64,000 bases of DNA, taken from NCBI RefSeq assembly GCF_902713615.1, contig NC_052172.1, forward strand, positions 6,119,337 to 6,183,336. Reading direction: 5' to 3'. Positions 38,446 through 51,089 of the stretch are shown here, piece after piece (the stretch's first letter is position 1; each line of letters starts with the position of its first letter). The stretch is from Scyliorhinus canicula. Its lineage: Eukaryota. The notes beneath the pieces were generated by a model. The model worked only from the letters and a program-made list of their open reading frames with translations. It searched no databases and was not told the DNA's origin. The translations under genes and the position numbers were made by a program.

Positions 38446-38944
38446 CCACCTCCTCAAAACGTGAAGGAAGAGAGATAGAACTTCTATTCCGTCAGCGAAC
38501 TTCACAGGCTCAGCGCGCTCCAGTCAATACGATGTATAAATATAAATATCGTGGTTTCTGGAAAATTTAAATAAAAATAAACGTCGGTGGAATGTTCACG
38601 AAGTGTGGCAGCATCCGTGGAGAGAGTTAACAATTCAGGTCAAGAGTCTGAAGAATGGCCCCTGAACTGTAACTGAAAGGTGTACTCTTTTCCACAGAGC
38701 CAACGAACAACAAACCTCAAGTGACCTGTGAAATTCCAGAAATGTAGTTGCGTATTAGGCACAGGAAAATCCCAAATGGTAGGAATGAGAGAAATGACTA
38801 GTTCATCTGTTTTTTCAACTCCATTGTTTGGATATTAACACAGATACATTATACCCAACTACCTCCCAACTAGAACGGAGAGACCATTTACAGTCTCCCG
38901 CTATAAGACAAGGTGCCTCGACTTCCCGTCTCACACGAAAGATA

Positions 38945-41885
38945 ATGAAGTGTTCTATCAGTATTAACCCTCAGACACAGAAGTGCTCCCTCAATATTGA
39001 TCCCAGAAAGTAAAATGTTCCCTCCGTGTTGGCCCTGGGAAAATAAATTTCCCTGAGTGTGGACACTGAGAGAGTAACATTGTCCCTCAGTGTTGACATT
39101 CAGGAAAAGAGGTGTCCCTCAATATTGACCCGGAGCCCATAAAGTGCTCACTGTAAATTGAGTTTCAGAAAATGAAGTGCTTACTCAATATTGACCCTCA
39201 GGCAATGAAGTGTTCCCTCAGTATTAATCATCAAACAGTGGCGTGTTCCCTCAACATTGACCCTGAGACAATGAAGTGCTCCCTCAACATTGAGACTCAA
39301 TCAGTTAATATTCCCTCATAGAACATAGAACACAGAACGATACAGCGCAGTACAGGCCCTTCGGCCCACGACGTTGCACCGACATGGGAAGTCAAAAACT
39401 AAAGGCCATCTAACCTACACTATGCCATTATCATCCATATGCTTATCCAATAAACTTTTAAATGCCCTCAATGTTGACGAGTTCACTACTTTTGCAGGTA
39501 GGGCATTCCACAGCCTCACACCTCTTTGCGTAAACAACCTACCTCTGATGTCTGTCCTATATCTATTACCCCTCAATTTAAGGCTATGTCCCCTCGTGCT
39601 AGCCACCTCCATCCGCGGGAGAAGGCTCTCACTGTCCACCCTATCTAACCCTCTGATCATTTTGTATGCCTCTATTAAGTCACCTCTTAACCTTCTTCTC
39701 TCTAACGAAAACAACCTCAAGTCCATCAGCCTTTCCTAATAAGATTTTCCCTCCATACCAGGCAACATCCTGGTAAATCTACTCTGCACCCGTTCCAAAG
39801 CTTCCACGTCCTTTCTATAATGAGGCGACTAGAACTGTACGCAATACTCCAAATGCGGCCGTACTAGAGTTTTGTACAGCTGCAACATGACCTCATGGCT
39901 CCGGCACTCAATCCCTCTACCAATAAAGGCCAACACACCATAGGCCTTCTTCACAACCCTATCAACCTGGGTGGCAACTTTCAGGGATCTATGTACATGG
40001 ACACCGAGATCCCTCTGCTCATCCACACTGCTAAGAATTTTACCATTAGCCAAATATTCTGCATTCCTGTTATTCTTTCCAAAGTGAATCACCTCACACT
40101 TCTCTACATTAAACTCCATTTGCCACCTCTCAGCCCAGCTCTGCAGCTTATCTATGTCCCTCTGTAACCTGCAACATCCTTCCACACTGTCTACAACTCC
40201 ACCAACTTTAGTGTCATCTGCAAATTTACTCACCCAACCTTCTGTGCCCTCCTCTAGGTCATTTATAAAAATGACAAACAGCAACGGCCCCAGAACAGAT
40301 CCTTGTGGTACGCCACTCGTAACTGAACTCCATTCTGAACATTTGCCATCAACCACCACCCTCTGACTTCTTTCAACTAGCCAATTTCTGATCCACATCT
40401 CTAAATCACCCTCAATCCCCAGACTCCGTATTTTCTGCAATAGACGACCGTGGGGAACCTTATCAAATGCTTTATTGAAATCCATATACACCACATCAAC
40501 TGCTCTACCCTTGTCTACCTATTCAGTCACCTTCTCAAAGAACTCGATAAGGTTTGTGAGGCATGACCTACCCTTCACAAAACCATGCTGACTATCCCTA
40601 ATCATATTACTCCTATCTAGATGATTATAAATCGTATCTCTTATAATCCTCTCCAAGACTTTACCCACAACAGACGTGAGGCTCACCGGCCTATAGTTAC
40701 CGGGGTTATCTCTACTCCCCTTCTTGAACAAAGGGACCACATTTGCGATCCTCCAGTCCTCTGGCACTACTCCTGTAGCCAATGATGACATAAAAATCAA
40801 AGCCAAAGGCTCAGCAATCTCTTCCCTGGCTTCCCAGAGAATCCTAGGATAAATCTCATCAGGCCCCGGGGACTTATCTATTTTCACCCTGTCCAGAATT
40901 GCCAACACTTCTTCTCTACGCACCTCAATGCCATCTATTCTAATAGCCTGGGTCTCAGCATTATCCTCCACAACATTATCGTTTTCCTGAGTGAATACTG
41001 ACGAAAAGTATTCATTTAGTATCTCGCTTATCTCCTCAGCCTCTACACACAACTTCCCACCACTGTCCTTGACTGGCCCTACTCTTACCCGAGTCATTCT
41101 TTTATTCCTGACATACCTATAGAAAGCTTTTGGGTTTTCCTTGATCCTACCTGCCAAAGATTTCTCATGCCCCCTCCTTGCTTGTCTTAGCTCTCTCTTT
41201 AGATCCTTCCTCGCTTCTTTGTAACTATCACGCGCCCCAACTGAAACTTCACGCCTCATCTTCACATAGGCCTCCTTCTTCCTCTTAACAAGAGATTCCA
41301 CTTCTTTGGTAAACCACGGTTCCCTCGCCCGACCCCTTCCCCCCTGCCTGACTGGTACGTACTTATCAAGAACATGCAATAGCTGTTCCTTGAACAAGCT
41401 CCACATATCCAGTGTGCCCAACCCTTGCAGCCTACTTCTCCAACCTACACATCCTAAGTCATGTCTAATGGCATCATAATTGCCCTTCCCCCAGCTATAA
41501 TTCTTGCCCTGCGGGGTATACTTATCCCTCAGTACTGATCCTCAGACGATGAAGGGTTCCCTCAGTATTAACGCTCAGATAATCATGTGTTCCCTCGGTA
41601 TTGACCCTCAACCAATGAAGTGAGCCCTCGCTATTGACCCAGATAAATGAATTGTTCCCTCAACCTTGACCCTCAAAATTTGAAGCGCTTCCTTAATATT
41701 GACCCTAAGGCTAGAGTCATCCTTTAATATTTACCCTGAAATAATGAAGATTTCCCTCAGTATTGACCCTGAGACAATGAATTATTCCCCCTCTATTTGT
41801 CCTGAGACAATGAAGGTGCCCTCTCAATATGAACCTTCAAACAATGAAGTTGGTTCTCAATATTGAATCATAGACATGAAAGTGA
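38945..41885. repeat. 33-bp minisatellite (38945-39318 and 41525-41885), split by a CR1 insertion
   Basis: Degenerate units of cagtattgaccctcagacaatgaagtgttccct. Confidence 0.85.
39319..41524 (-). mobile_element. CR1 LINE, 5'-truncated, relatively young
   Basis: Long RT ORFs at 40519-41421 and 39829-40494; (tagaaca)n tail at 39319; tccctca on both sides. Confidence 0.95.
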
Positions 41886-43101
41886 TCTCCCAATATCAGC
41901 TCATTAACTTGGCTGTGTCAGAATGTTTCTCCTCGTATTCCTTCTGTACCTGTTCCCCCACAATGTTTTATCTATATCCCTGAGTTCTGGAAAGTATTTT
42001 CTTTCTCTATGTTATTTATAGATTATGAGGGACATGGACAGGGTGGATAGGAATCAACCGTTCTTCTTAGCTAAAAGGTAAAAAACGATGGGTCATCGTT
42101 TTAAGATGAAGGGCAGGAAGTTTAGAGGGGATTAGTGGAAAACATATTGCACCGGGAGGGTCTTGTGAGTCTGGAATGCACTGTCTATGAGAGTAATACT
42201 GACGGGAAACCTCACACTCTTTATGAAGTGCGTGGCTAATTACCTGATACATTATAACTTTCAGGGTTATGGGCCAAGTATTGGGAAATGGGATTAGTGT
42301 ATGTTTGGTCTAGTTTGTCGGTGCAGACTCGATGAACCGAAGGGCCCCTACTGTGCTATATGACTCAATGACTCTCTGGCTCTATGGCTATGACTGTCGT
42401 CATCTTGATCACGCCTAGTAAGACCTTGTTCAATCTCCCTTGTTCAAAGGAGAACCAGCCGAGAATCTGCAATCCAGCATTGTTAGTGAAATTCCTTCAT
42501 CCAGGAACAATTCTGGCAAAACCCTTTTGATTCTTCTCAGGGGCCCTCATACGCATCCTGGTATCTGGTTACCACGCCGGGAATGCTCCAAATATTGCCC
42601 AATAAGAAGGTTATAATAATTTTATGTTACCTGCCTGTCTTTGTGCTCAATACTCTGTATGAAACAAGGACTCAACACTTTGTCTATCTCAGTGCTTTGG
42701 TTCTACATTTTGGGAATTCAGACACGAGTGCAGTATAGGAAAGGAGGCAGCTCCTTCTACAGAAGGCGACCCCACAATTAGCCACGTAACGTCCAGCTCA
42801 TACTTTTCTTTAGGGCGATTCATTGAGATGGAAACATTGACAACACCGCAGTCCAGACAGCCGATAGTGACCCGCGAACATTTGAGACTGCCTTCTGTAC
42901 TGTCCCACCATTTCAAAAATAAAAAGTCACAAGTAAATGCTTGGGTTCTCATTTGTTCAAACTGTTTTCCTCTGTGGCCCATTGGCTCCATTGACTGGCC
43001 AATATTCAGGTGCACTTCTATTAAACCTGGTTGCATTTCCGTTGAATGGGAACATTTACTGGTAACACATTATCCTTCCGCGACCCCTCACAAAAAAGCG
43101 A

Positions 43102-43156
43102 ATGGATTTCTCATGAAGAACGCCCTTCATCTTTCTTAGCTTATGGATGGGACATT
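43102..43156 (+). pseudogene. Decayed leader exon of V 47300
   Basis: atggatttctcatga (premature stop); deletion removes the gtaag donor; paralog of 35152-35215. Confidence 0.75.
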
Positions 43157-43319
43157 AAGTCTTTCCCCCTCAAATATTCGCTGCCAATGGTAAAAGACGG
43201 TGACATTTGTTAATAAGTGGAAGGGGTAATAAAGTAAAAACCGGTGTAGATACAGAAATAAGGGATTTTCAGGGATATGGGTAAAATAGATGGGGCGAAA
43301 GCGATTGAATTGTCATTTT

Positions 43320-46300
43320 TTTTTAATAAATGTTTTTTATTCAGTTTTCATGTTTTATATTGAACAAATTACAAATTGTTAGAGAGAGAGAAAAAAAAGA
43401 ACACGCAAAAATGAACATATATATTTACAGGTGAGCATCTTCGTAGTAATAACTGTGGCCTCCCCCTTTTCGCCGGCATACATATTTTACATTCCCCAAC
43501 ATGTTTATTGGCATTTATTTAGTTTGGTTTTGAGCCTTAGCTAGCCATCAAACCCCCGTAACGAGCCCGTAGCCCCCCCTCCCCCGCCGGCTACCTTCCC
43601 CCGACTATTCTTCCTCTTGTACGTTGGCCACAAACAGGTCCCGGAACAATTGCATGAATGGCTCCCACGTTCTGTGGAAGCCGTCGTCTGACCCTCGGAT
43701 GGCGAATTTGATTTTCTCCATTTGGAGAGAATTCGAGAGGTCGGAGAGCCAGTCTGCAGCTCTGGGCGGTGCTGCTGACCGCCAGCCAAACAGGATTCTA
43801 CGGCGGGCGATCAGGGAGGCAAAGACAAGGGCGTCCGCCCTCCTCTCCAGGAATAGATCTGGCTGGTCTGAAACCCCGAAGACCGCCACTATCGGACATG
43901 GCTCCACCTTCACCCCCACCACTTTGGACATAGCCTCGAAGAAGGCTGTCCAGTACTCCACAATTCTGGGGCAAGACCAGAACATGTGGGCGTGGTTGGC
44001 CGGGCCTCTTTTGCACCGTTCACATCTGTCCTCCACCTCCGGGAAGAACCTACTCATACGGTTTCTCGTTAAGTGGGCTCTATGTACCACTTTTAGTTGC
44101 GTCAGGCTGAGCCTTGCGCACGTGGAGGTGGAGTTGACCCTATGCAGTGCCTCGCTCCAGAGTCCCCACCCTATCTCCATCCCCAAGTCATCCTCCCATT
44201 TCCTTCTTGTTGCGTCCAGTACGGTGTCGTCCCTTTCTACCAGTCGGTCATACATGTTGCTACAGTTCCCTTTCTCTCGGATACTTGCATCCAGTAGGTC
44301 TTCCAGTAGTGTCTGTCGTGGCGGTTGTGGATGCGTCCTTGTCTCCTTTCGTAGGAAGTTTTTGAGCTGCAGGTACCGTAGCTCGTTCCCCCCAGCTAGC
44401 CGAAATTTCTCTGTCAGTTCGTCCAGTGTTGCAATCCTGTCGTCCGTGTATAGGTCCCTGACTGTCAGTGTCCCCCCGTCCTGCCTCCACCTTTTGAAGG
44501 TGGCGTCAGTCAGTGCTGGTTTGAACCTATGGTTGTTGCAGATGGGAGCCTTGTCCGACATTTTGTTCAGGCCAAATTGCTGCCGCAGTTGGTTCCAGGA
44601 TTGGAGGGTGGCTGTCACCACTGGGCTGCTGGAGTGTTTTTTGGGTGGGGATGGGAGTGCTGCCGTGGCGAGGGCCCGGAGGGAGGTCCCCATGCAGGAG
44701 GCCATCTCCGCACGCACCCACCCACTCGGCTTCTGGCTCCTGGATCCATCCCCTTACTCGCTCGGCTGTTGCCGCCCAGTGGTAGGATTGTAGATTCGGG
44801 AGGGCTACCCCCCCCCTGGATTTTGTTTTCTGTAGGACCTTCTTTGGGATCCTAGCATTTTTACCCCCCATACGAACGCCATGATAAGTTTGTCCAGTGC
44901 TTTGAAGAAGGCCTTGGGGATGTAGATCGGAATGGATCTAAACAGGAAGAGGAACCTGGGCAATACGTTCATTTTGATCGTCTGGACTCTTCCTGCGAGG
45001 GAGAGTGGGAGTGTGTTCCATCTTTGCAGGTCCTTTTTTACTTCCTCCGTCAGGCTGGTGAGGTTCCATTTGTGGATCCCTTTCCAGTCATGGGCTATTT
45101 AGATCCCCAGGTAGCAGAATTTATGTCGGGCTTGTTTGAACGGCAGCCCCTTTAGTGCTGCCCCCCCCCCCCCCCCCCTTGCTGGTGTACTGGGAAGATC
45201 TCGCTTTTGCTCATGTTGAGTTTGTAGCCCGAGAAGGCTCCAAACTCTTTCAGGAGCGCGATGATTCCGTCCATGCTGCTTTGTGGGTCCGAGATGTAGA
45301 GGAGCAGATCGTCTGCATAGAGTGAGACTCTGTGCTCTCTGCCTCCCCTTCGGATCCCCCTCCAATTTTTTGCTGCCCTGAGCGCAATTGCTAGCGGTTC
45401 GATTGCTAGTGCGAACAGCAGTGGGGACAGTGGGCATCCTTGTCTGGTGCCCCTGTGCAGCTCGAAGTATTGGGAGTTGGTATTGTTGGTCTGTACACTC
45501 GCCATGGGGGCATTGTATAGGAGTTTTACCCACGCGGTGAACCCTGTTCCAAGCCCGAACCGCTCCTGTACCTCTATGAGGTATTTCCATTCGACTCTGT
45601 CAAAGGCCTTTTCTGCGTCCAGGGAGACGATCACCTCTTGTGTTCTCTCCCCGGAAGGGGTCATTATCACGTTCAGCAGGCGCCTGATGTTCGAGGTGAG
45701 CTGTCTACCTTTGACGAAGCCCGTCTGGTCCTCTGTGACCACCTCAGGTACACAGTCTTCTAGCCTTTTGGCTAGGATTTTGGCCAGTATTTTGGCGTCT
45801 GCGTTCAGCAGAGATATGGGTCTGTATGACCCACATTCCGTTGGGTCTTTGTCTTTCTTAGGTATCAGCGAGATTGAGGCCTGTGCTAACGTGGGTGGCA
45901 GTGTGCCCCTAGCTAGCGAGTCTGTGAACATCAGGTGCGGGGCCAGCGCTGTCGCAAATTTTTTGTAGAAGTCCGCCGGGAATCCGTCCGGTCCCGGCGC
46001 CTTCCCCGCCTGCATGGAGCTAATGCTCTCCATGATCTCTCCCAGTGCTAGTGGTGCTTCCAGATCCCGTTTCCTGCCCTCTCCCACGACTGGTATGACC
46101 AGTCCATCACGGAACCGGTTCATCCCAGCCTTCCCCGTTGGGGGCTCTGAGGTGTACAGCTCTTGGTAGAAGGCCTTGAAGGTTTTGTTAATCCTCTCTG
46201 GTTCTGTTTCCAACGTGCCTCTGGTACCCCTGATTTGCCCAATTTCTCTGGTGGCTGCCTGCTTTCTCAGCTGATGTGCCAACAGGCGGCTGGCTTTGTC

Positions 46301-47195
46301 TCCGTGTTCGTACAGGGTCCCGCGCGCCTGGCGGAGTTGGTGCACTGCTTTCCTTGTGGAGAGCAGGTTAAAGTTCCTTTGTAATTCTTTTCTCTCCGCC
46401 AGGAGCTCTACGGTCGGGGCCTCGGAGTATTTATGGTCTACCTCCAGTATGGAGTCGACCAGCTTCTGCCCAGCCACCCTTTCCTCCCTATCTCTTTGCG
46501 CTTTGAAGGCAATGATTTCCCCTCTTAGTACGGCCTTAAGCGCTTCCCAGAACGTGGAGGATGATACCTCCCCGTTTTGGTTGTTCTCCGTGTACTCCGC
46601 TATGGCCCACGCTATCCTTTCGCTGAAGGCCTTGTCAGCTAGTAAGGCACCGTCCAACCTCCATGTGGGGCGCTGGGCCCTTCCCGTCTCCAGCCGCACA
46701 TCCATGTAGTGTGGGGCGTGGTCTGATATCACAATTGCGGAGTATTCCACCTTGTCTATCCCTGGAAGCACCGTTTTCCCCACCACAAAGAAGTCAATTC
46801 TGGTGAACACGTTGTGTACTGGGGAGAAGAAGGAGAATTCTTTCTCCCCCGGGTGGGCAAACGTCCAGGGGTCCACAGCTCCCATCTGCTCCATAAAGTG
46901 ACCGAGTTCCCTTGCCATGTTTGAGGTTTTCCCCGTTTTGGGGTTTGATCTGTCCGTCTTTGGGTCCTGTACACAGTTGAAGTCCACCCCCATGATTAGT
47001 CGATGCGTCGCTATGTCCGGGATTTCTGCCATGGTCTTTTGGATGAAGCTCGTGTCGTCCCAGTTGGGCACGTACACGTTGACTAGGACTACCGGCGCCC
47101 CATCCAGGGCCCCGCTGACCATGACATATCGCCCCCCTGGGTCTGTAACCGTCTTTGTCGCCCTAAACATTGTCCTCTTGCCGATCAGTATCGCC
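43320..47195 (-). mobile_element. L1-clade LINE, 5'-truncated ORF2 (partial EN, RT, CCHC), with TSD
   Basis: 684-aa ORF (FTRIDFF, SDHAP, SLDAEKAFD, RGTRQGCPLSPLLF, YADD) continuing through frameshifts to RCERC..HAHMFWSC; poly-T at 43316-43324; 14-bp TSD tgaattgtcatttt at 43306-43319 and 47196-47209. Confidence 0.95.
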
Positions 47196-47299
47196 TGAAT
47201 TGTCATTTTAAAGAACTAGCAGTCAGAGTGGGCTGAACAGTCTCTGTTAGGTTTCAATTTGTTTTTCTAGATGCTTTGTTTTCTTGAAACCTGCTTTAG

Positions 47300-47595
47300 G
47301 CGTCCGGGCTGCACCCACTGTGGCCGAGTTCCCACCCGTGGCTTCGATCAGACAGGAAGAGATCCTCAGTCTGCTCTGCAATTTAGTTGGATATAGCATG
47401 AACACCTACACCTTGTTCTGGTACAGGAAGGAGGGAGTCCCGATGGAGTAGTTTGCAGCGGGTACGGTGGCTGCGGGCTTGATTTCCAGATACGTTTCCC
47501 CGTCCAACTTGATGCTGGAAGCAACAAATTCACCCTGCATCTGAAGAACCCCAACCTGACAGATTCGGTGACCTATTTCTGCGCTGCGAGTAAAG
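47300..47595 (+). pseudogene. Ig-like C-x5-C family V pseudogene
   Basis: Paralog of 35456; gagtggatt>gagtagtt gives a stop plus 1-nt deletion at the EW motif; ends TYFCAASK. Confidence 0.88.
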
Positions 47596-47634
47596 CACAG
47601 CGGTTCAACCCTACCGCAAGCTAACACAAAACCC
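47596..47634 (+). other. 23-RSS
   Basis: cacagcg + 23 nt + acaaaaccc. Confidence 0.85.
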
Positions 47635-48655
47635 GTCTTTACCCCCTCTGCCTCATTCATTCCGTGGTCGACACCTGTGCAACCTTCTGAACGAATGTAG
47701 TGGGGAGTTTCTGTGACAATGGTTCAGGCCCACGGACACACAGCCAATGAATCATCTCCGTTGAAGTGTATTCATTTCTGTAATCTAGGAGGGAGCATCT
47801 CTCAGTAAAGCTCCACATCCAGGAATTCATCAAAGATGTGCAGCTTAGGTGGCATCGCCATGCTAAATTGTCCCTTCGTGTCCAAAGGTTAGGTGGGGGA
47901 ACAGGGATAGAGCACGGACAGGGTCTGTGTAGGGTGTAGACTCGACGGGCCGAATGGCCTCTTTCTACACTGTAGGGATACCATAATTCTGCCCATTCGT
48001 GTTAATTGAGGGCAAAAACATTTCCCTTTACAGTTCAGTACGTAAACACCGACAACAACTCAGCACTACACTGCTACGTCCGCCTAGATGTTCGTACTCC
48101 AGTTCTGAGCTGTGTCTCAAAGACCAACACAAACTGTCTTGAAGTGGTTTGGGGTAATTCTCCTGGACAACTTTTCTGAAAGTTGCACTAAGTTAAATGC
48201 TTTGTACAGACAATAGACTTCAGATTATTGCTGGTCCACAGTGCAGTGTGAACCCAAGCCCAAGGCAAATTTCAACATATATTTATCTTCTAGAGAAACA
48301 CAGAAGCCGACACGCATTCCTAAGCCAGTTCACCGCGTAAACTCGGAATCTTTGAGCAAAATCTGTGGAACACTGAGACAGACTCGAAACGTTATCTCCG
48401 TTTCTCTCTCCACATATGCTGCCAGACTTGGTCAGCTTTTCCAGCATTTTCTTTTGTTTCATCAAATTTTCAACATCCGCCCGTTTGTACTTTTATTTTT
48501 TCTCGCGTAAATGTGCCGTCGTCATCCGGAAAGATGTCATTTCCGGGGGCAGGATTTGGGCTGTCTGTCTGCACTAACGTTTAGTCTGAATTGGAGTCAC
48601 TTGTCGCGAGGTCACGTTTATTACAAGCATCAGTTTTGGCACTTTCCAACCAAAT

Positions 48656-50208
48656 ATGCAAATATATTTGATCTCTTTCACTTTATTCATTTCTCAGCCG
48701 TGTAAGTATTCTGCATAGGGTTACATAGATTACCGGGGCTAAGCGACGGTGAAAAATGTATCCCTGTTTTGTGACGATACAAAGTCAGGGGGGGGGGGGG
48801 GAATGCAAACTGTGAGCAGGACTCAAAGAAATGACCAAGAGACATTGACGGGTTAATTGAGCCGGAAGTGTGGCAGATGGGAATGCAATGCTGGAAAGTG
48901 AATTTGTTCATCTTGGTTGTAGTAATTTAAAAAAACGTCACATTTTAAAACGCGACGATTTCCAAATTATGTTCAGTAAGACATGTGTCTACCCCCGCGA
49001 AGAGCACAAACACTTAGTGATTGGGGTACAATAAACAAGTAGAAAGGCAAATAGAATAGTGGTCTTTACTGTACGGGGACGGAGTACACAAATAACTCTG
49101 ACCTGCTCCACATATATTCGGCTTTGGGGCTACCATACCATTGCGACTGCCTACCGGTTTGGTGTCCACAGACAAAGAACTATTTTCGGCAGAGTAGAGA
49201 AGGTTGCCTGGATTCGGGGTTCGGATAACAGAGCTTTACTGTGATGCGAGGAGGAATAACTTGGAGTTATACTCTATTGTGTTTAGAAGAATTACAGGTG
49301 ATTTTGATGACGCTCATGCAGTCCTGAAGAGATTTGACAGGTTGGGAACTTCGAGATAGTGTTTACTCTGGCTGGGAAAGTAGGCTAGAACAAGGGCCGC
49401 CGACTGGGGATAAGGGGCGATCAATGAGGGCTGAGATGAGGAGACCTTTCATCATAGACAGGTTAGTGAATTCTGTAAATCAGTGAATTGCGGATCCCGC
49501 ACTTCTGAGTATCTTCAAGGCTCTGATGGATAGATGTTTGAATAATGGGGAAACCAAGACATTTGCCGAGGGGACGGGAACATTTTTTGACATTCGTGCA
49601 AATGGTGTCAATGTGTGGCACTAGGATATTGATTAGACTGAACGAACATTCTTTGACGTCTGGACAATATTCAGTCAATGGGTTTGATCATCGTCGGAGT
49701 TGCGTTTATACTGATCGATTGATATTCAATTGGTTCAGCAATAGGTTGACTGTTCAATTGTTTTATATTTAATAATCCAGGCAGGGTTAACCAGAAATCG
49801 TTTGCACGTGTTTGTATGAACGGCTGACGATTTATTACAGATAGCCGAAATGGTCTTGATCTGTGTTGTAAGATTCCATGAAACCGCTTGATTTTTTTTG
49901 TTTAGATCCAACGCAAGGACTACAGCCTCGACAACGTTCACCCGCACTGGTGGTAGCAGAGGGCAATCAGGCTTCAATGAACTGCTACGAGCAGGAATCC
50001 ACTCCTCAATCCATGCTCTGGTATCGCCAATCAGCTGGCCAGGGGCTCACTTTGATCGGGTACATGCAGTATGGAGGACAAGCCCATTATGAGGAGAAAG
50101 ACCAAACTGGTTATAAAATAACCGGTGACGGCGACAGAAATTCTGATTTGGTGCTCCAGCAAGCTGCACCCGCGGACACGGCGGTGTATTTCTGTGCAAC
50201 TAGTGCTG
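48656..50208 (+). CDS. TRBV: TCR beta V segment, functional, CATS family (leader 48656-48701; V exon 49906-50208)
   Basis: MQIYLISFTLFISQP|gtaag...tttag|YPTQGLQPRQRSPALVVAEGNQASMNC..MLWYRQSAGQGLTLIGYMQY..DTAVYFCATSA. Confidence 0.88.
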
Positions 50209-50247
50209 CACAGCGGTCCCGTCTGGCGCAGTGCTTCGTCAAAAACC
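50209..50247 (+). other. 23-RSS
   Basis: cacagcg + 23 nt + tcaaaaacc. Confidence 0.88.
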
Positions 50248-50374
50248 CCACTTCTAAAAACGTGAAGGGAGATAGAACTTCTATTCCGTCAGTGAACTTC
50301 GCTGCCTCAACGCGCCTGCTGCACCTGCATACAATGAAGCGTTCCCTCAGTGCTGACCCAATAAGATGTACAAA

Positions 50375-50535
50375 TATAATAATCTTTATTAGTGTCACAA
50401 GTAGGCTTACATTAACACTGCAATGAAGTTACTGTGAAAATCCCCTAGTCACCAGATTCCGGCTCCTGGTCGGGTGCACGGAAGGATAATTCAGAATGTC
50501 CAATTCACCTAACAAGTACCTCTTTCGGGACTTGT

Positions 50536-50566
<31 letters not shown>

Positions 50567-50690
50567 ACGCAGACACGGGGAGAACGTGCAATCTCTGGAC
50601 AGACCGTGACCCAAGCCGGGAATCATATCCGGGAACCTGGCGCTGTGAAGCAACAGTGCTACCAACAGTACTACCGCTGCCCTATCGTGG
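50375..50690 (-). mobile_element. tRNA-derived SINE, (ATT)n-tail family
   Basis: Same family as 4795 and 61920 copies. Confidence 0.8.
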
Positions 50691-51089
50691 AGATCGTGGA
50701 TTGTGGAAATTTAAAATAAAAATAGAAGTTGCTGGAAATACTCAGCAGGTGTGGCACCATCTGTTACGAGAGGAACTGGGTTAACATTTCAGGTCAATGG
50801 TCCTTGAACTGTAACATTACCGTTAACTCTTGTTCCTTTTCCACAGATCAAGCCAATAAAAACCTCACAAGAAATTACTCAAGTGACCTGTGTAATTGTG
50901 GTAATGTAGTCGCATTTTAGGACAGAGGAAAGTCCTAAAGTGCAGCAATGAGAGAAATGACCAGTTTATCTGTTTTTAATTTACATTGTTTGGATATGAA
51001 CAAACATGCATTATACCCAGCTGGCTCCCAGTAGGAGCGGAAAGATCGCTCACAGCCCCCCGCTGGAACACAAAACGTTTCACACGAAA

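Noticed and set aside
43624-44793. 389-aa + strand ORF (also 45447-45968)
   Set aside because: Antisense shadow of L1 ORF2; no independent motifs
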